From Patescibacteria group bacterium (GTDB lineage Bacteria; Patescibacteriota; Dojkabacteria; GCA-002793355): a DNA stretch of 64,000 nucleotides. The stretch spans positions 527,462 to 591,461 of the forward strand of contig BOKM01000001.1 in the NCBI GenBank assembly GCA_016860985.1, read 5' to 3'. Position 1 is the first letter of the stretch. Each line of letters starts with the position of its first letter. The notes under the pieces were generated by a model that saw only the letters and a list, made by a program, of their open reading frames with translations, had not been told where the DNA came from and searched no databases. The translations under genes and the position numbers were made by a program. Below are positions 9,045 through 17,720 of this stretch, piece by piece.

Positions 9045-10233
9045 ACGCTTTAGCAGTTGTAGAAATTATTATTGCGGCGACCGAAAGCCATGAAAGTATA
9101 AGAATATACGGCTTTAGTACTGGAGGAGCAAAAACCCCGAGCATCCCAAAAATGAATGTTATTGCATATTGTAGATACGCAATCTGCTTTTCTGTATAAC
9201 CGATTTTCATGAGTTGGTGATGAAAATGGAACTTATTACTTATAAGAAACAATTGAAACGGAGATTTCGGACGATAATAAACGACTCTCCGAAGAAGAAC
9301 CCACAACATATCAAACAGAGGAATCGCAAAAACAATAAGACTAATCGCGAATTTTGAACCACCGATCACTGCAATTCCGGCAACAATAAAGCCTAAGACA
9401 CTCTTTCCGGCTGACCCCGACATTATCTTGTTGGGATAAAAGTTGTAGTACAAGAAGCCAAATAACGATCCGGCCAACGTGATAGCAAAAAGAGCGGAAG
9501 CGGGTTGATTAAAAAGGAAGCTTACAAGAAACAGCATAACAAGAGCTATCGCCGTATTTCCTTCCATTAATCCATCGCTTCCACCTTGCCATTTGATGCC
9601 ATTCATCAATGGAAGAACCCACAAAAAGAACAAAAGATCCCCAGGAAAGACGAAACGAATCAACCAAGGGAGGTTCCCAAAAGTAAAAACCCACCAATCA
9701 GTATGGATATATGCACCTCCAAATGGATTTCTAAAACCATTCACATCGAGAGGGGAGAGAACAAATAAGAGCGCTGCGATTAAATGGAACATAAATTGGA
9801 CTTTTCCAGAAAACTCAAAAACGTCATCGAGTATACCTACAGCAAAAAGAATACCTATGGTTACAAACCACAAAAGATACGTAGAAAATTCAGAGATGGG
9901 AAGATTGATTGTCTTGGAAAAGAGAAGAATACTACCGCTAACAATAAGAAACGGCAGAACATACGCAATGCCGCCCCACATAATCAGCGGTGGTTTATCG
10001 AGTCGACGTCGTGCTGCTTGGAGTTTTGCCTCATATTCTGCGTCAGAAAGACCCCTTTCTCGTTGTTCTTGGATTTTCTTTAAAACTATTTCGGGTGGTT
10101 CTTGAACCGCACCGTATTTTTTTGCAAGTACTGCTACCCAAGGTGTCAGAAGTAGAGTAAAGAGAAGTGATATCGCACCTGCGATTAAGTATGTTTCCAT
10201 ATTATCAACCTCCAAATAAAAGTAATGGTTCAA
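9034..10233 (-). CDS. Glycosyltransferase family 4 polyprenyl-phosphate sugar-phosphate transferase (MraY/WecA-like).
   Basis: It is a polytopic membrane protein with the GILDDVFEFSGKVQ motif (DDxxD-like Mg site of the MraY/WecA family) and is 399 aa. Confidence 0.5.
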   Translation of the reverse strand: MNHYFYLEVDNMETYLIAGAISLLFTLLLTPWVAVLAKKYGAVQEPPEIVLKKIQEQRERGLSDAEYEAKLQAARRRLDKPPLIMWGGIAYVLPFLIVSGSILLFSKTINLPISEFSTYLLWFVTIGILFAVGILDDVFEFSGKVQFMFHLIAALLFVLSPLDVNGFRNPFGGAYIHTDWWVFTFGNLPWLIRFVFPGDLLFFLWVLPLMNGIKWQGGSDGLMEGNTAIALVMLFLVSFLFNQPASALFAITLAGSLFGFLYYNFYPNKIMSGSAGKSVLGFIVAGIAVIGGSKFAISLIVFAIPLFDMLWVLLRRVVYYRPKSPFQLFLISNKFHFHHQLMKIGYTEKQIAYLQYAITFIFGMLGVFAPPVLKPYILILSWLSVAAIIISTTAKAYEQ

Positions 10234-10672
10234 GAATTACCTTTGCCATAAGCACTAACAAAAGTAATAGTAGCGAAAAAATATACCCCACCATTCCACT
10301 CCTTCCGAGAGAACTTGCAAGCATCGCAATAACGGAAAAAATGACAAACGTTCCTCCCATTGCAAACACCGTGTACTGCAAGACAGAGAGATTATGCACA
10401 GAAGCAACAATAAAAAGGGGGATTTGAGACTGACTTGCAGGAGCGACAATTGATCCTAATCCATTTTGAATAAGTAGCTGGTATTGTGACAAAAACCATG
10501 TTAACGAAAGAATGAAAGCAAGCGATACCCAAAAGAGCAAATGAGAAACAACAATTACAACTGGTGAATATTTCAGTTCTCTAAAAAACTTTTTTGTATT
10601 ATGACGCAGACTTTGCCAAGGTGAGACTTTTACAGATAAAGGAAGTTGTGTTACTTCTGATTCATTTCCCAT
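10205..10672 (-). CDS. Hypothetical polytopic membrane protein.
   Basis: It is 155 aa with four predicted TM helices. Confidence 0.3.
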   Translation of the reverse strand: MGNESEVTQLPLSVKVSPWQSLRHNTKKFFRELKYSPVVIVVSHLLFWVSLAFILSLTWFLSQYQLLIQNGLGSIVAPASQSQIPLFIVASVHNLSVLQYTVFAMGGTFVIFSVIAMLASSLGRSGMVGYIFSLLLLLLVLMAKVILEPLLLFGG

Positions 10673-10674
10673 TT

Positions 10675-11811
10675 TTAATCGTCAAGTTTTAACGGCATTA
10701 ATATATGAAGAAATGTATCAAGAGAAGGCTGAATAAAAACACCTGGCGCTACCTTTGTTGTTGCTCTAAAGACAACAGTTTCGTCAGAGACAAGGTTCAA
10801 AATATCCATAAGGAACTTTACTTGAAAGGCAATTTTTAAAGGTTCGCCTTCTTGTGTCACTGAAATTTCTTCTCTAATATTTCCAATTTCAGGCACTTGT
10901 GATTCCATTACAAGTTTTCCATCCGAAAAATTGAGTACTACTTTTTGCCCAATCGCGGACGTAGCAAATACACCAACACGTTTTAGTGATTCGAGCCAGG
11001 CAGCTTTTGTTACTGTTATTTCAGATTGATGTGCAACAGGAATTACTGCTTTGTAGGCAGGATACTCACCTTCTATTAAGCGAGCGAAGATTGAAATATC
11101 TCCATATTCAAATTTTACAAAGTTTCCGTTTTTTGCGAGCTTGCAAGTAACAACGGGTTGTTCGGTAACCGACGCGACATAGGAATCTCTAATAACTCTT
11201 ACCACTTGCTCTGCTGCAACCGAAGGAATAACAACCTGTTTTTTACCTCCGTAAGAAGACTGTGATGTAGCAGTTACTTTTGACAAGCGAAACGTATCGA
11301 GGGCAACCATGGTAACCAATTCTTTTTCGATCTCGACGTTAATTCCTGTAAGAATAGGTCGAATATCGTCTTTTGCACAAGCAAAAGCTGTTTTATCAAT
11401 CATTGAAGCAAAGACCTCCCCTTGTAATGAAAAGAGGATTTCTGAGTCTTCTTCTTCAAAAAGAGGGTAGTCATCTGTATCTCGAGTTGTAAACTCAGCA
11501 CTTCCGACTTTTGATGACACCTTTAGATTTCCCTTCTCTTGTGATATTTCTACTGTCTCTGTTTTTGGAAGAGTATTAATGTACTGAGAAAAGAGTTTTG
11601 CGTTGACCGATGTTTTTCCTGATTCTTTAGGGTGGAGTTGTGCGGTCGCGGTTATCTGAATTTCTAAGTCAGTACCCGTTATTCTAATAGCGTTCTTACC
11701 AACGTCTAATAAAAGATTATTAAGTAAAGGCAGATTGGCTTTGGCATTAACAACTTTACTTGCTATGTTTACGTAGGTTGAAAGTACCTCTGCACTTATC
11801 TTAAACTCCAT
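10675..11811 (-). CDS. dnaN: DNA polymerase III beta sliding clamp.
   Basis: It is 378 aa with the typical N-terminus (MEFKISAEVLSTYVNIASKVV...NLPLLNNLLL) and three-domain length. Confidence 0.85.
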   Translation of the reverse strand: MEFKISAEVLSTYVNIASKVVNAKANLPLLNNLLLDVGKNAIRITGTDLEIQITATAQLHPKESGKTSVNAKLFSQYINTLPKTETVEISQEKGNLKVSSKVGSAEFTTRDTDDYPLFEEEDSEILFSLQGEVFASMIDKTAFACAKDDIRPILTGINVEIEKELVTMVALDTFRLSKVTATSQSSYGGKKQVVIPSVAAEQVVRVIRDSYVASVTEQPVVTCKLAKNGNFVKFEYGDISIFARLIEGEYPAYKAVIPVAHQSEITVTKAAWLESLKRVGVFATSAIGQKVVLNFSDGKLVMESQVPEIGNIREEISVTQEGEPLKIAFQVKFLMDILNLVSDETVVFRATTKVAPGVFIQPSLDTFLHILMPLKLDD

Positions 11812-12273
11812 TCCTTTACAAGAAAACTTATTTATCTGATTTTACCATACCTATATAAGACATTGTTCACTTTTCTCTTTATTTTTAAGCTTTTCCTCTT
11901 TTTCTTTCTTTATATAAAATAGTATTAGTATTAGGACTCGTGGATAAGTGGATATGTTTTTAAAGGTGCCCATAACATTGGCTCGAAATATTGAAATTTG
12001 TCTGGGGAATACCTGTTGATGCTTTAGAAGTTATTCACTTTTTAGTCGAAAGAGAATTGTGAATTCTTGGAATTTTTTACAGGAGTACACTTCTTTGCAA
12101 AGAATTTTCCGCATCAAAAAATGAAAGTTTTTACTGGTTATCCACAACAGAATGTAAGTGGAGTTGTTTACGTATCAACCCGAGTCTATCCCTCTAATGT
12201 CATTTGTGAAACAGAGCTCTCCCTTGTCTGCGTATTGGGCATGTTGGTATATGAGACGATTCGTGAATCCGTT
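11812..12273. promoter_or_regulatory. Putative chromosomal replication origin (oriC) upstream of dnaN.
   Basis: There is a perfect DnaA box TTATCCACA at 12138..12146 and tandem near-consensus boxes GTGGATAAG and GTGGATATG at 11940..11957, plus a TTATTCACT at 12031..12039. An AT-rich tract lies at about 11870..11935. The region is adjacent to dnaN, and coding-strand bias flips around 12-14 kb. Confidence 0.5.
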
Positions 12274-13959
12274 TTAGTCTATTTTGGTAACTGGAATGCT
12301 AGGTTCGCCTATTACATGTTGATTATTTTGGGATAATGGCTGAAAGCTCCAAGTGTTTGGATTCTCAAGAAGAGAAGCTGTGTTCAGCATCTCTGCAATC
12401 TTAATAGAAAGAGAAGGAATGAATGGCCTTAAGAGTAACTGAAGTGCTCTTACGATAGCGACAGCATTACGTAGTGTATTTTCTGTCGTCGCTTTGTCAG
12501 TTTCTTTCCAGGGGGCTGAGTTATTAAAGTACTGGTTTCCAAACTGTGCGAGTTTCATTATCTCCATCAAAGACGCCGAAAAAGATACGTCTTGAAGCAT
12601 TTCTTGCGTCGTCGTGAAGGTTTGTTTGATTGTTCGGTCTACATCTTTGTCTAATACGCCTTGTGTGATAACCCCGTCATTCTTTGTTTTTACGTAGGAG
12701 AGTACTCTGTAGATATAATTTCCCAAAGTTGCAACAAGTTCATTATTGTTAAGCGTTTTTAGGTCGTCCAAAACAAAGTCTATGTCGTGGTTCTCTGGTG
12801 CATACCTCACAAAAAAGTAACGAATTAATTCTGGTGAGTAATTTTCTAAAAGATCTTTAGCCAAAATTAAGGTGCCCTTACTTTTAGACATTTTTTCTCC
12901 TCGGATATTCAAGAACATATTTGCAACAACGTTTGTTGGGAGTTTTAGTGGTTTGTTTGATATTTCCCCAGGTAGTGCGTTACTCAGTGTCGTGTTTCGA
13001 TATTTTGTATTGTAGGCCAAGATTTGTGCCGGCCAGAAGAGTGAATGAAAAGGAATGTTGTCTTTCGCAATAAAATAGTAGTGCTCTGCGTCATCTCCTT
13101 TCCAAAAATCCTCCCACTCTGAGGGGTTGTTGTTTAGCGCCGCAAGTTCTATTGGAGCAGAAAGGTACCCTATGACTGCTTCAAACCACACGTAAATTAC
13201 CTTCTTCTCGAAATCTTTGATTGGCAAGGGAATCCCCCAACCCATATCTCTTGAAATGGGTTTTTCTTTAAGCCCTTCTTTAAGCCATGCTTTTGTGAAT
13301 TCAAGTGTGTTCTTTCGCCAAAAGGTTTTGTCTTCAATATATGATTCAAGTTGTTTTTGAAGTTTACTCATATCGAAGTAAAGCTCTTCTGTTTCGCGCA
13401 ACTCTGGGGTGCTCTGTGAGAGTTTACTGACTGGATTTTTTAATTCCTCTGGGGTGAGCACGTGTCCGCACTTGTCACACTGGTCGCCTCTTGCGGGAAA
13501 GTAATCACAATGAGGGCAGTTTCCTTCAATGTAGCGGTCGGCAAGAAATTGGTTTTTTTCTGTATCAAAGTACTGTTTTGATTTTTTTCTCAACAGAAAT
13601 CCTTGTTCCTCTAAAACAGTTATAAAGTTTTGAGCAACTACTCTATGATTTTCAGTTCTTGTTTTGGTGAAAAGGTCAAACTTGATTGAGAGTTTTTCAA
13701 AAATTTCAAGAAATGCTTTGTGGTTGTCCTCTACAAATTGCTCAACTGGGATTCCTTTTTCCTCTGCTTTTATCGTAATTGGGGTGCCATGCATATCGCT
13801 ACCAGAAACCATGGCAACTTTGTTACCGAGTATTCTATTAAAACGGGCAAAGACATCACACACAATATTCTGCCCTGCAAGGTGTCCTACATGCATTGGT
13901 CCATTCGTGTAGGGCCAAGATACACCGATAAGAATATGTTTCATTGTGAATTGTAGCAT
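12274..13959 (-). CDS. metG: Methionyl-tRNA synthetase.
   Basis: It has the HIGH-type motif (PYTNGPMHVGHLAG), KMSKS (EKMSKSKG) and a Zn knuckle (CPHCDY...CDKCGH), and is 561 aa. Confidence 0.9.
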   Translation of the reverse strand: MLQFTMKHILIGVSWPYTNGPMHVGHLAGQNIVCDVFARFNRILGNKVAMVSGSDMHGTPITIKAEEKGIPVEQFVEDNHKAFLEIFEKLSIKFDLFTKTRTENHRVVAQNFITVLEEQGFLLRKKSKQYFDTEKNQFLADRYIEGNCPHCDYFPARGDQCDKCGHVLTPEELKNPVSKLSQSTPELRETEELYFDMSKLQKQLESYIEDKTFWRKNTLEFTKAWLKEGLKEKPISRDMGWGIPLPIKDFEKKVIYVWFEAVIGYLSAPIELAALNNNPSEWEDFWKGDDAEHYYFIAKDNIPFHSLFWPAQILAYNTKYRNTTLSNALPGEISNKPLKLPTNVVANMFLNIRGEKMSKSKGTLILAKDLLENYSPELIRYFFVRYAPENHDIDFVLDDLKTLNNNELVATLGNYIYRVLSYVKTKNDGVITQGVLDKDVDRTIKQTFTTTQEMLQDVSFSASLMEIMKLAQFGNQYFNNSAPWKETDKATTENTLRNAVAIVRALQLLLRPFIPSLSIKIAEMLNTASLLENPNTWSFQPLSQNNQHVIGEPSIPVTKID

Positions 13960-13992
13960 AAAATATGGGGGTATTGACGTTATTGGTGGCGA

Positions 13993-14385
13993 TTGTTACA
14001 ATACTCCAAATTAATATTAATGAAATTAAAAACTATGCAACTTTCGCAAGTCGTAGGTTACGTGAAAGATATCATCATCCCCGCAGTGCACGCACAGGAC
14101 TGGGCACCAGATGGAGCAAGTGGAGATGCAAACGCACTTATTAAGCAGATTTTGAACCTTATTTTGATCGCTGTTGTTGTTGCAGCAGTCGTCTTTATCA
14201 TGTTCGCAGGTTTGCAGTATGTAACCTCTCAGGGTGACGCAACCAAAGCAAAGAACGCAATGTCAGGTATTACAAATGCAATTATTGGTCTTATCGTTGC
14301 TTTCGCAGCATACGCATTAGTCCAATTGGTAATGTCACAGTTGAACCTTGGTGGCGGAACAATCAAACCACTTCCAACAGCATAA
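13993..14385 (+). CDS. TrbC/VirB2-like pilin, paralog 4. The true start is probably an internal Met near 14020-14035.
   Basis: It has a signal-like N-terminus (MQLSQVVGYVKDIIIPAVHA) followed by TM - QYVTSQGDATKAKNAMSGITNAIIGLIVAF - TM, the same core block as the 7011..8017 paralogs. Confidence 0.5.
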   Translation: MLQYSKLILMKLKTMQLSQVVGYVKDIIIPAVHAQDWAPDGASGDANALIKQILNLILIAVVVAAVVFIMFAGLQYVTSQGDATKAKNAMSGITNAIIGLIVAFAAYALVQLVMSQLNLGGGTIKPLPTA

Positions 14386-14431
14386 GATTAAGTATCATTG
14401 ATACTTTTTACTTAAACGTAAGTGAGGTGTT

Positions 14432-14722
14432 ATGGACGTAAATAATCCACCAGACATTCCAACTATCTTTGGTAATCTTGGAGAAACAATTCAGAGCGTT
14501 ATATTTGGTTTAGGGCCAGCCTTTTTGGTGGTTGCTATTGTGTATGCAGGCTACTTGCGTTTGACGGCAGCAGACAACCAGCAAAAGGTAAAACAATCGA
14601 CCCAGATTATAATGTGGGCTGTTTTTGGATACGCGGTTGTTGTTGGTTCTTTCTTTATTGTTCGTTTTGCCGCGGCTATTCTTGGTTACGATGTTGGTGG
14701 AAGTATCAGTGTCGATTTGTAG
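14432..14722 (+). CDS. Small two-TM protein, possibly a more divergent TrbC/VirB2-like pilin (paralog 5).
   Basis: It is 96 aa with two TM helices and a polar loop (LTAADNQQKVKQSTQIIMWAVFGY), and sits immediately downstream of paralog 4. Confidence 0.35.
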   Translation: MDVNNPPDIPTIFGNLGETIQSVIFGLGPAFLVVAIVYAGYLRLTAADNQQKVKQSTQIIMWAVFGYAVVVGSFFIVRFAAAILGYDVGGSISVDL

Positions 14723-14741
14723 TGTCTTCTCCGTGGTATAA

Positions 14742-16847
14742 TTGGTTATGTCGCGAGCGCCCCGATGGACATTTATATTCGTTGTTCTCCTATTTATCTC
14801 TTTTGGAGTGTTTTTACATATCCCACTCGTAGGCGCACTAACAGAACAGCAAATCGCTCAACAAAAATCACAAAAGCAACGCGAACTAGAGGAAATAATG
14901 AAAGAAATCAATTCGATTTCGCGATCAAACGCAACCCTTTCTACAAAACTTTCTGAATTAAAGAGTGAAAAGTCCAAGCTCGAGAAATTGCTATCTTCGA
15001 TTGGTGGTGACTTGGTCTATTTAGAAGAGGAAAATAAGAAACAGGAAGCTGAATTAGTGAATCTTGCCTCAACCTATTCCTTGCAGCAAGCGTTATATTC
15101 GATTGAGTCTCAAAAAAATATATTAGTCACTCTCTTTGAAGCTTCGGACATTCGGCATGTACTTGATAGATTCTTGTATTACAACATTCAGGCTCGTGAA
15201 TTGCGTGAGCAAAAGGTATTATTACAAACAAAACAAGAAGCGATTGCAGCAAGAAGAGGTCAGATAGAAACAGAACAAGGATCGCTGCAAAAATCTCTTT
15301 CTACTGTTAATCAAGAAATTGCGAAGGTAGAAGACCAGTTGTCTCTTTATTCAGCGAGTCTTTCAAAAAGTTATGGTCAGCGAAATGTATTGGTGACTGA
15401 TATTAACAAACTCACCAAAGCAGCTCAAAAGGCAATTGAGAAAAAAGTTTCTTCTTCGACACCCTCTACTGGTGGCGGAGTAGGAACACCTACAGGTTCC
15501 GGACTAGTAAATGGTTCTACCAGCAATACTGGATCGGGTTCTTTGAGTGTCATTATCGGGGGGAGTTTGTTTAGAAAAACTAATAGCAATATTAAGATAG
15601 TTGCTCAAAATGATGAATTAAAACTCGTTGGAAAAAATACAACGGAGTTCGCAGGAATACTAGAATTCAGTAAAAGTTTTGGGACACTATCTAATGGAAC
15701 ACGCATTTATGTTGTAAACAGTCTTCCGATGGATAAGTACCTATGGGGATTATCAGAAATGCCTTCTTCTTGGCCACTTGAAGCGTTAAAAGTGCAAGCT
15801 GTTGCAGGTAGAACCTACGCAACCTACAAAATGCGATACGGAGGATACGGAACATTTGATTTACTCGATTATGTGCAGGATCAGGAATACAGTGGTCTCT
15901 CAAAAATCAAAAGTGCTTATGGGAGTAATTGGAAACAGGCAGTTGATAGTACTACTGAAAAAGTAATGGAATACGGAGGGAAAACGATATTGGCGTATTA
16001 TTCTGCTGACAACGCAGGGCATTCGGTATCCGGTGCAGATAATGGATTTGGGAACTTTGGGTACCTTGCAGCAAAACCTGATAGATATCAAGAAGGCGGA
16101 GTATGGAAGTCGTATGGGAGTACAAGTTGTAGCTACTGGATTATTCAAGGTAATAAACCAAACTTTCCTTGGTGCGGGCAGACTCGACAGAGTGAAGGAA
16201 TTAACACAATGGATAGAATGGAAGATTATTTAAATGGAGCGATTTACTACACTTTGTACGGCAAGATGGTAACAACAGGTGAGCTCTCCCCGGCTGCGTT
16301 GCAGTCTTATTTAAGCAGTAAAGGGAAGCAGAGCATTCAAGAAAAAGTAGGTGAAATTACTGACATTAAGCACGTTTACAATGTTGGAGATCAGTCGATT
16401 GTGGCAGAAACCAAATATACAAAATATGTTGTTGTTACAGGAACAAAGGCTACGTACACAGTGAGCGGGTCTGCCTTTAAGACCTCCTATAATGTCCGTG
16501 CGCCATATAACAATGCAGTTTACTCAACGCTATATGATATTAAGCGAGTAAATAGTGATAATTGGGAGTTATGGACTCGTGGCTTTGGTCACAGAGTAGG
16601 AATGAGCCAGTACGGCTCCTACGGAAGAGCACAGGCAGGACAGGGATACGAAGAGATACTCGAGTATTACTATACAAACGCAAATGTAGTACAATATGAC
16701 ATTGGTCGGAATGTTCGAGTTGCTCTTACAAAGGTTGGCTCGCGGGTTATGAAAGTAACCTCTAAAAGCGATATTTCAATTTTTGAAGGAAGCACTTTAA
16801 TAAAAACGGTTCCTGCTAATACAGAAATAAGAGTAGAATATAATTAA
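14742..16847 (+). CDS. SpoIID/LytB-domain protein (peptidoglycan amidase enhancer / lytic transglycosylase-like) with an N-terminal TM helix and coiled coil.
   Basis: Motifs VAGRTYATYKM...FDLLDYVQDQEYSG and GFGHRVGMSQYGSYGRAQAGQGYEEILEYYY are typical of the SpoIID/LytB family. The protein is 701 aa. Confidence 0.6.
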   Translation: MVMSRAPRWTFIFVVLLFISFGVFLHIPLVGALTEQQIAQQKSQKQRELEEIMKEINSISRSNATLSTKLSELKSEKSKLEKLLSSIGGDLVYLEEENKKQEAELVNLASTYSLQQALYSIESQKNILVTLFEASDIRHVLDRFLYYNIQARELREQKVLLQTKQEAIAARRGQIETEQGSLQKSLSTVNQEIAKVEDQLSLYSASLSKSYGQRNVLVTDINKLTKAAQKAIEKKVSSSTPSTGGGVGTPTGSGLVNGSTSNTGSGSLSVIIGGSLFRKTNSNIKIVAQNDELKLVGKNTTEFAGILEFSKSFGTLSNGTRIYVVNSLPMDKYLWGLSEMPSSWPLEALKVQAVAGRTYATYKMRYGGYGTFDLLDYVQDQEYSGLSKIKSAYGSNWKQAVDSTTEKVMEYGGKTILAYYSADNAGHSVSGADNGFGNFGYLAAKPDRYQEGGVWKSYGSTSCSYWIIQGNKPNFPWCGQTRQSEGINTMDRMEDYLNGAIYYTLYGKMVTTGELSPAALQSYLSSKGKQSIQEKVGEITDIKHVYNVGDQSIVAETKYTKYVVVTGTKATYTVSGSAFKTSYNVRAPYNNAVYSTLYDIKRVNSDNWELWTRGFGHRVGMSQYGSYGRAQAGQGYEEILEYYYTNANVVQYDIGRNVRVALTKVGSRVMKVTSKSDISIFEGSTLIKTVPANTEIRVEYN

Positions 16848-17473
16848 TGGCTGAAATAAAAGTTAGTCAATCCTCCTATGCAAAGATTCAGCAGTTAGCG
16901 AACTTTAAACTGCTTGATGCGGTTCGTGTGTACCCAGAAAGGGTAAACTTTGATGGGCAGGATAACGACGAACAAATCATTCTCTTTCTTCGCCAGCACC
17001 CAATTGTGTTGCTTCCTGCAATTTTCCGCTCAATCGGATTGTTCTTGCTCTTTGTCTTTTTTGCATGGGTGTTTGGAGCGTTGTTTGGGTCAGTAGTAAA
17101 TCTTGGCGCTATGGGCTTTACTATCTTTGTTGCGGGTATTGGTGTTGCGACAACAAATCTCATTTATGATTTCTTTAAGTGGTATTTTACGGTTACCATT
17201 ATAACTTCTAGTAGGCTCGTCGATTTGGACTTCGAAACAGTAATGGATTCACGCTGGAGTACTACCGTCCTTCGCGCTATTCAAGATGTATCGTATTCAA
17301 CTCCGGGGTTTATCAATACTGTATTTGACATGGCTGACCTTGTAATCCTTACCGCCTCTCATAAAGAGAATTTTGAATTGGCAAATTTGCCAAAAGCAAG
17401 GGATGTTCAAGACATCCTTATGGACTTAGTTGAAAATGAAAAACGCAATGTTCCCGACGACGACGATGTTTAG
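16847..17473 (+). CDS. Membrane protein, possibly a bacterial PH-domain (YdbS/YdbT-like) protein.
   Basis: It has two TM helices followed by a roughly 100-aa soluble domain. The assignment is weak. Confidence 0.3.
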   Translation: MAEIKVSQSSYAKIQQLANFKLLDAVRVYPERVNFDGQDNDEQIILFLRQHPIVLLPAIFRSIGLFLLFVFFAWVFGALFGSVVNLGAMGFTIFVAGIGVATTNLIYDFFKWYFTVTIITSSRLVDLDFETVMDSRWSTTVLRAIQDVSYSTPGFINTVFDMADLVILTASHKENFELANLPKARDVQDILMDLVENEKRNVPDDDDV

Positions 17474-17717
17474 CCCCGATTTGCTTAACTTTCAGGTTAC
17501 AGATGGATTGCCAATTGTTTCTGTTGGTTTAAAACTTGTGATTGCGTTCTTTTTGATTAGCTACGTATTTTTCGCGCTATTTCTGTATCTTCGTGTAAGA
17601 ATACTTTCGCTTACGCTCTCAACTCCTAATTCTGGTGTCATGCGTTATATTTCACTTTTGCACTTTTTTGGTGTGCTGGGGCTTGCTTTATTCCTAGGAC
17701 TTTTGCTACTCTTCTAG
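17430..17717 (+). CDS. Small hydrophobic membrane protein.
   Basis: It is 95 aa with two TM helices and lies in a same-strand gene run. Confidence 0.25.
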   Translation: MKMKNAMFPTTTMFSPDLLNFQVTDGLPIVSVGLKLVIAFFLISYVFFALFLYLRVRILSLTLSTPNSGVMRYISLLHFFGVLGLALFLGLLLLF

Positions 17718-17720
17718 TAC

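Noticed and set aside
12067-12336. ORF 12067..12336(+), 89 aa.
   Set aside because: It lies within the putative oriC and overlaps the 3' end of metG on the opposite strand. It has no motif and is likely non-coding.
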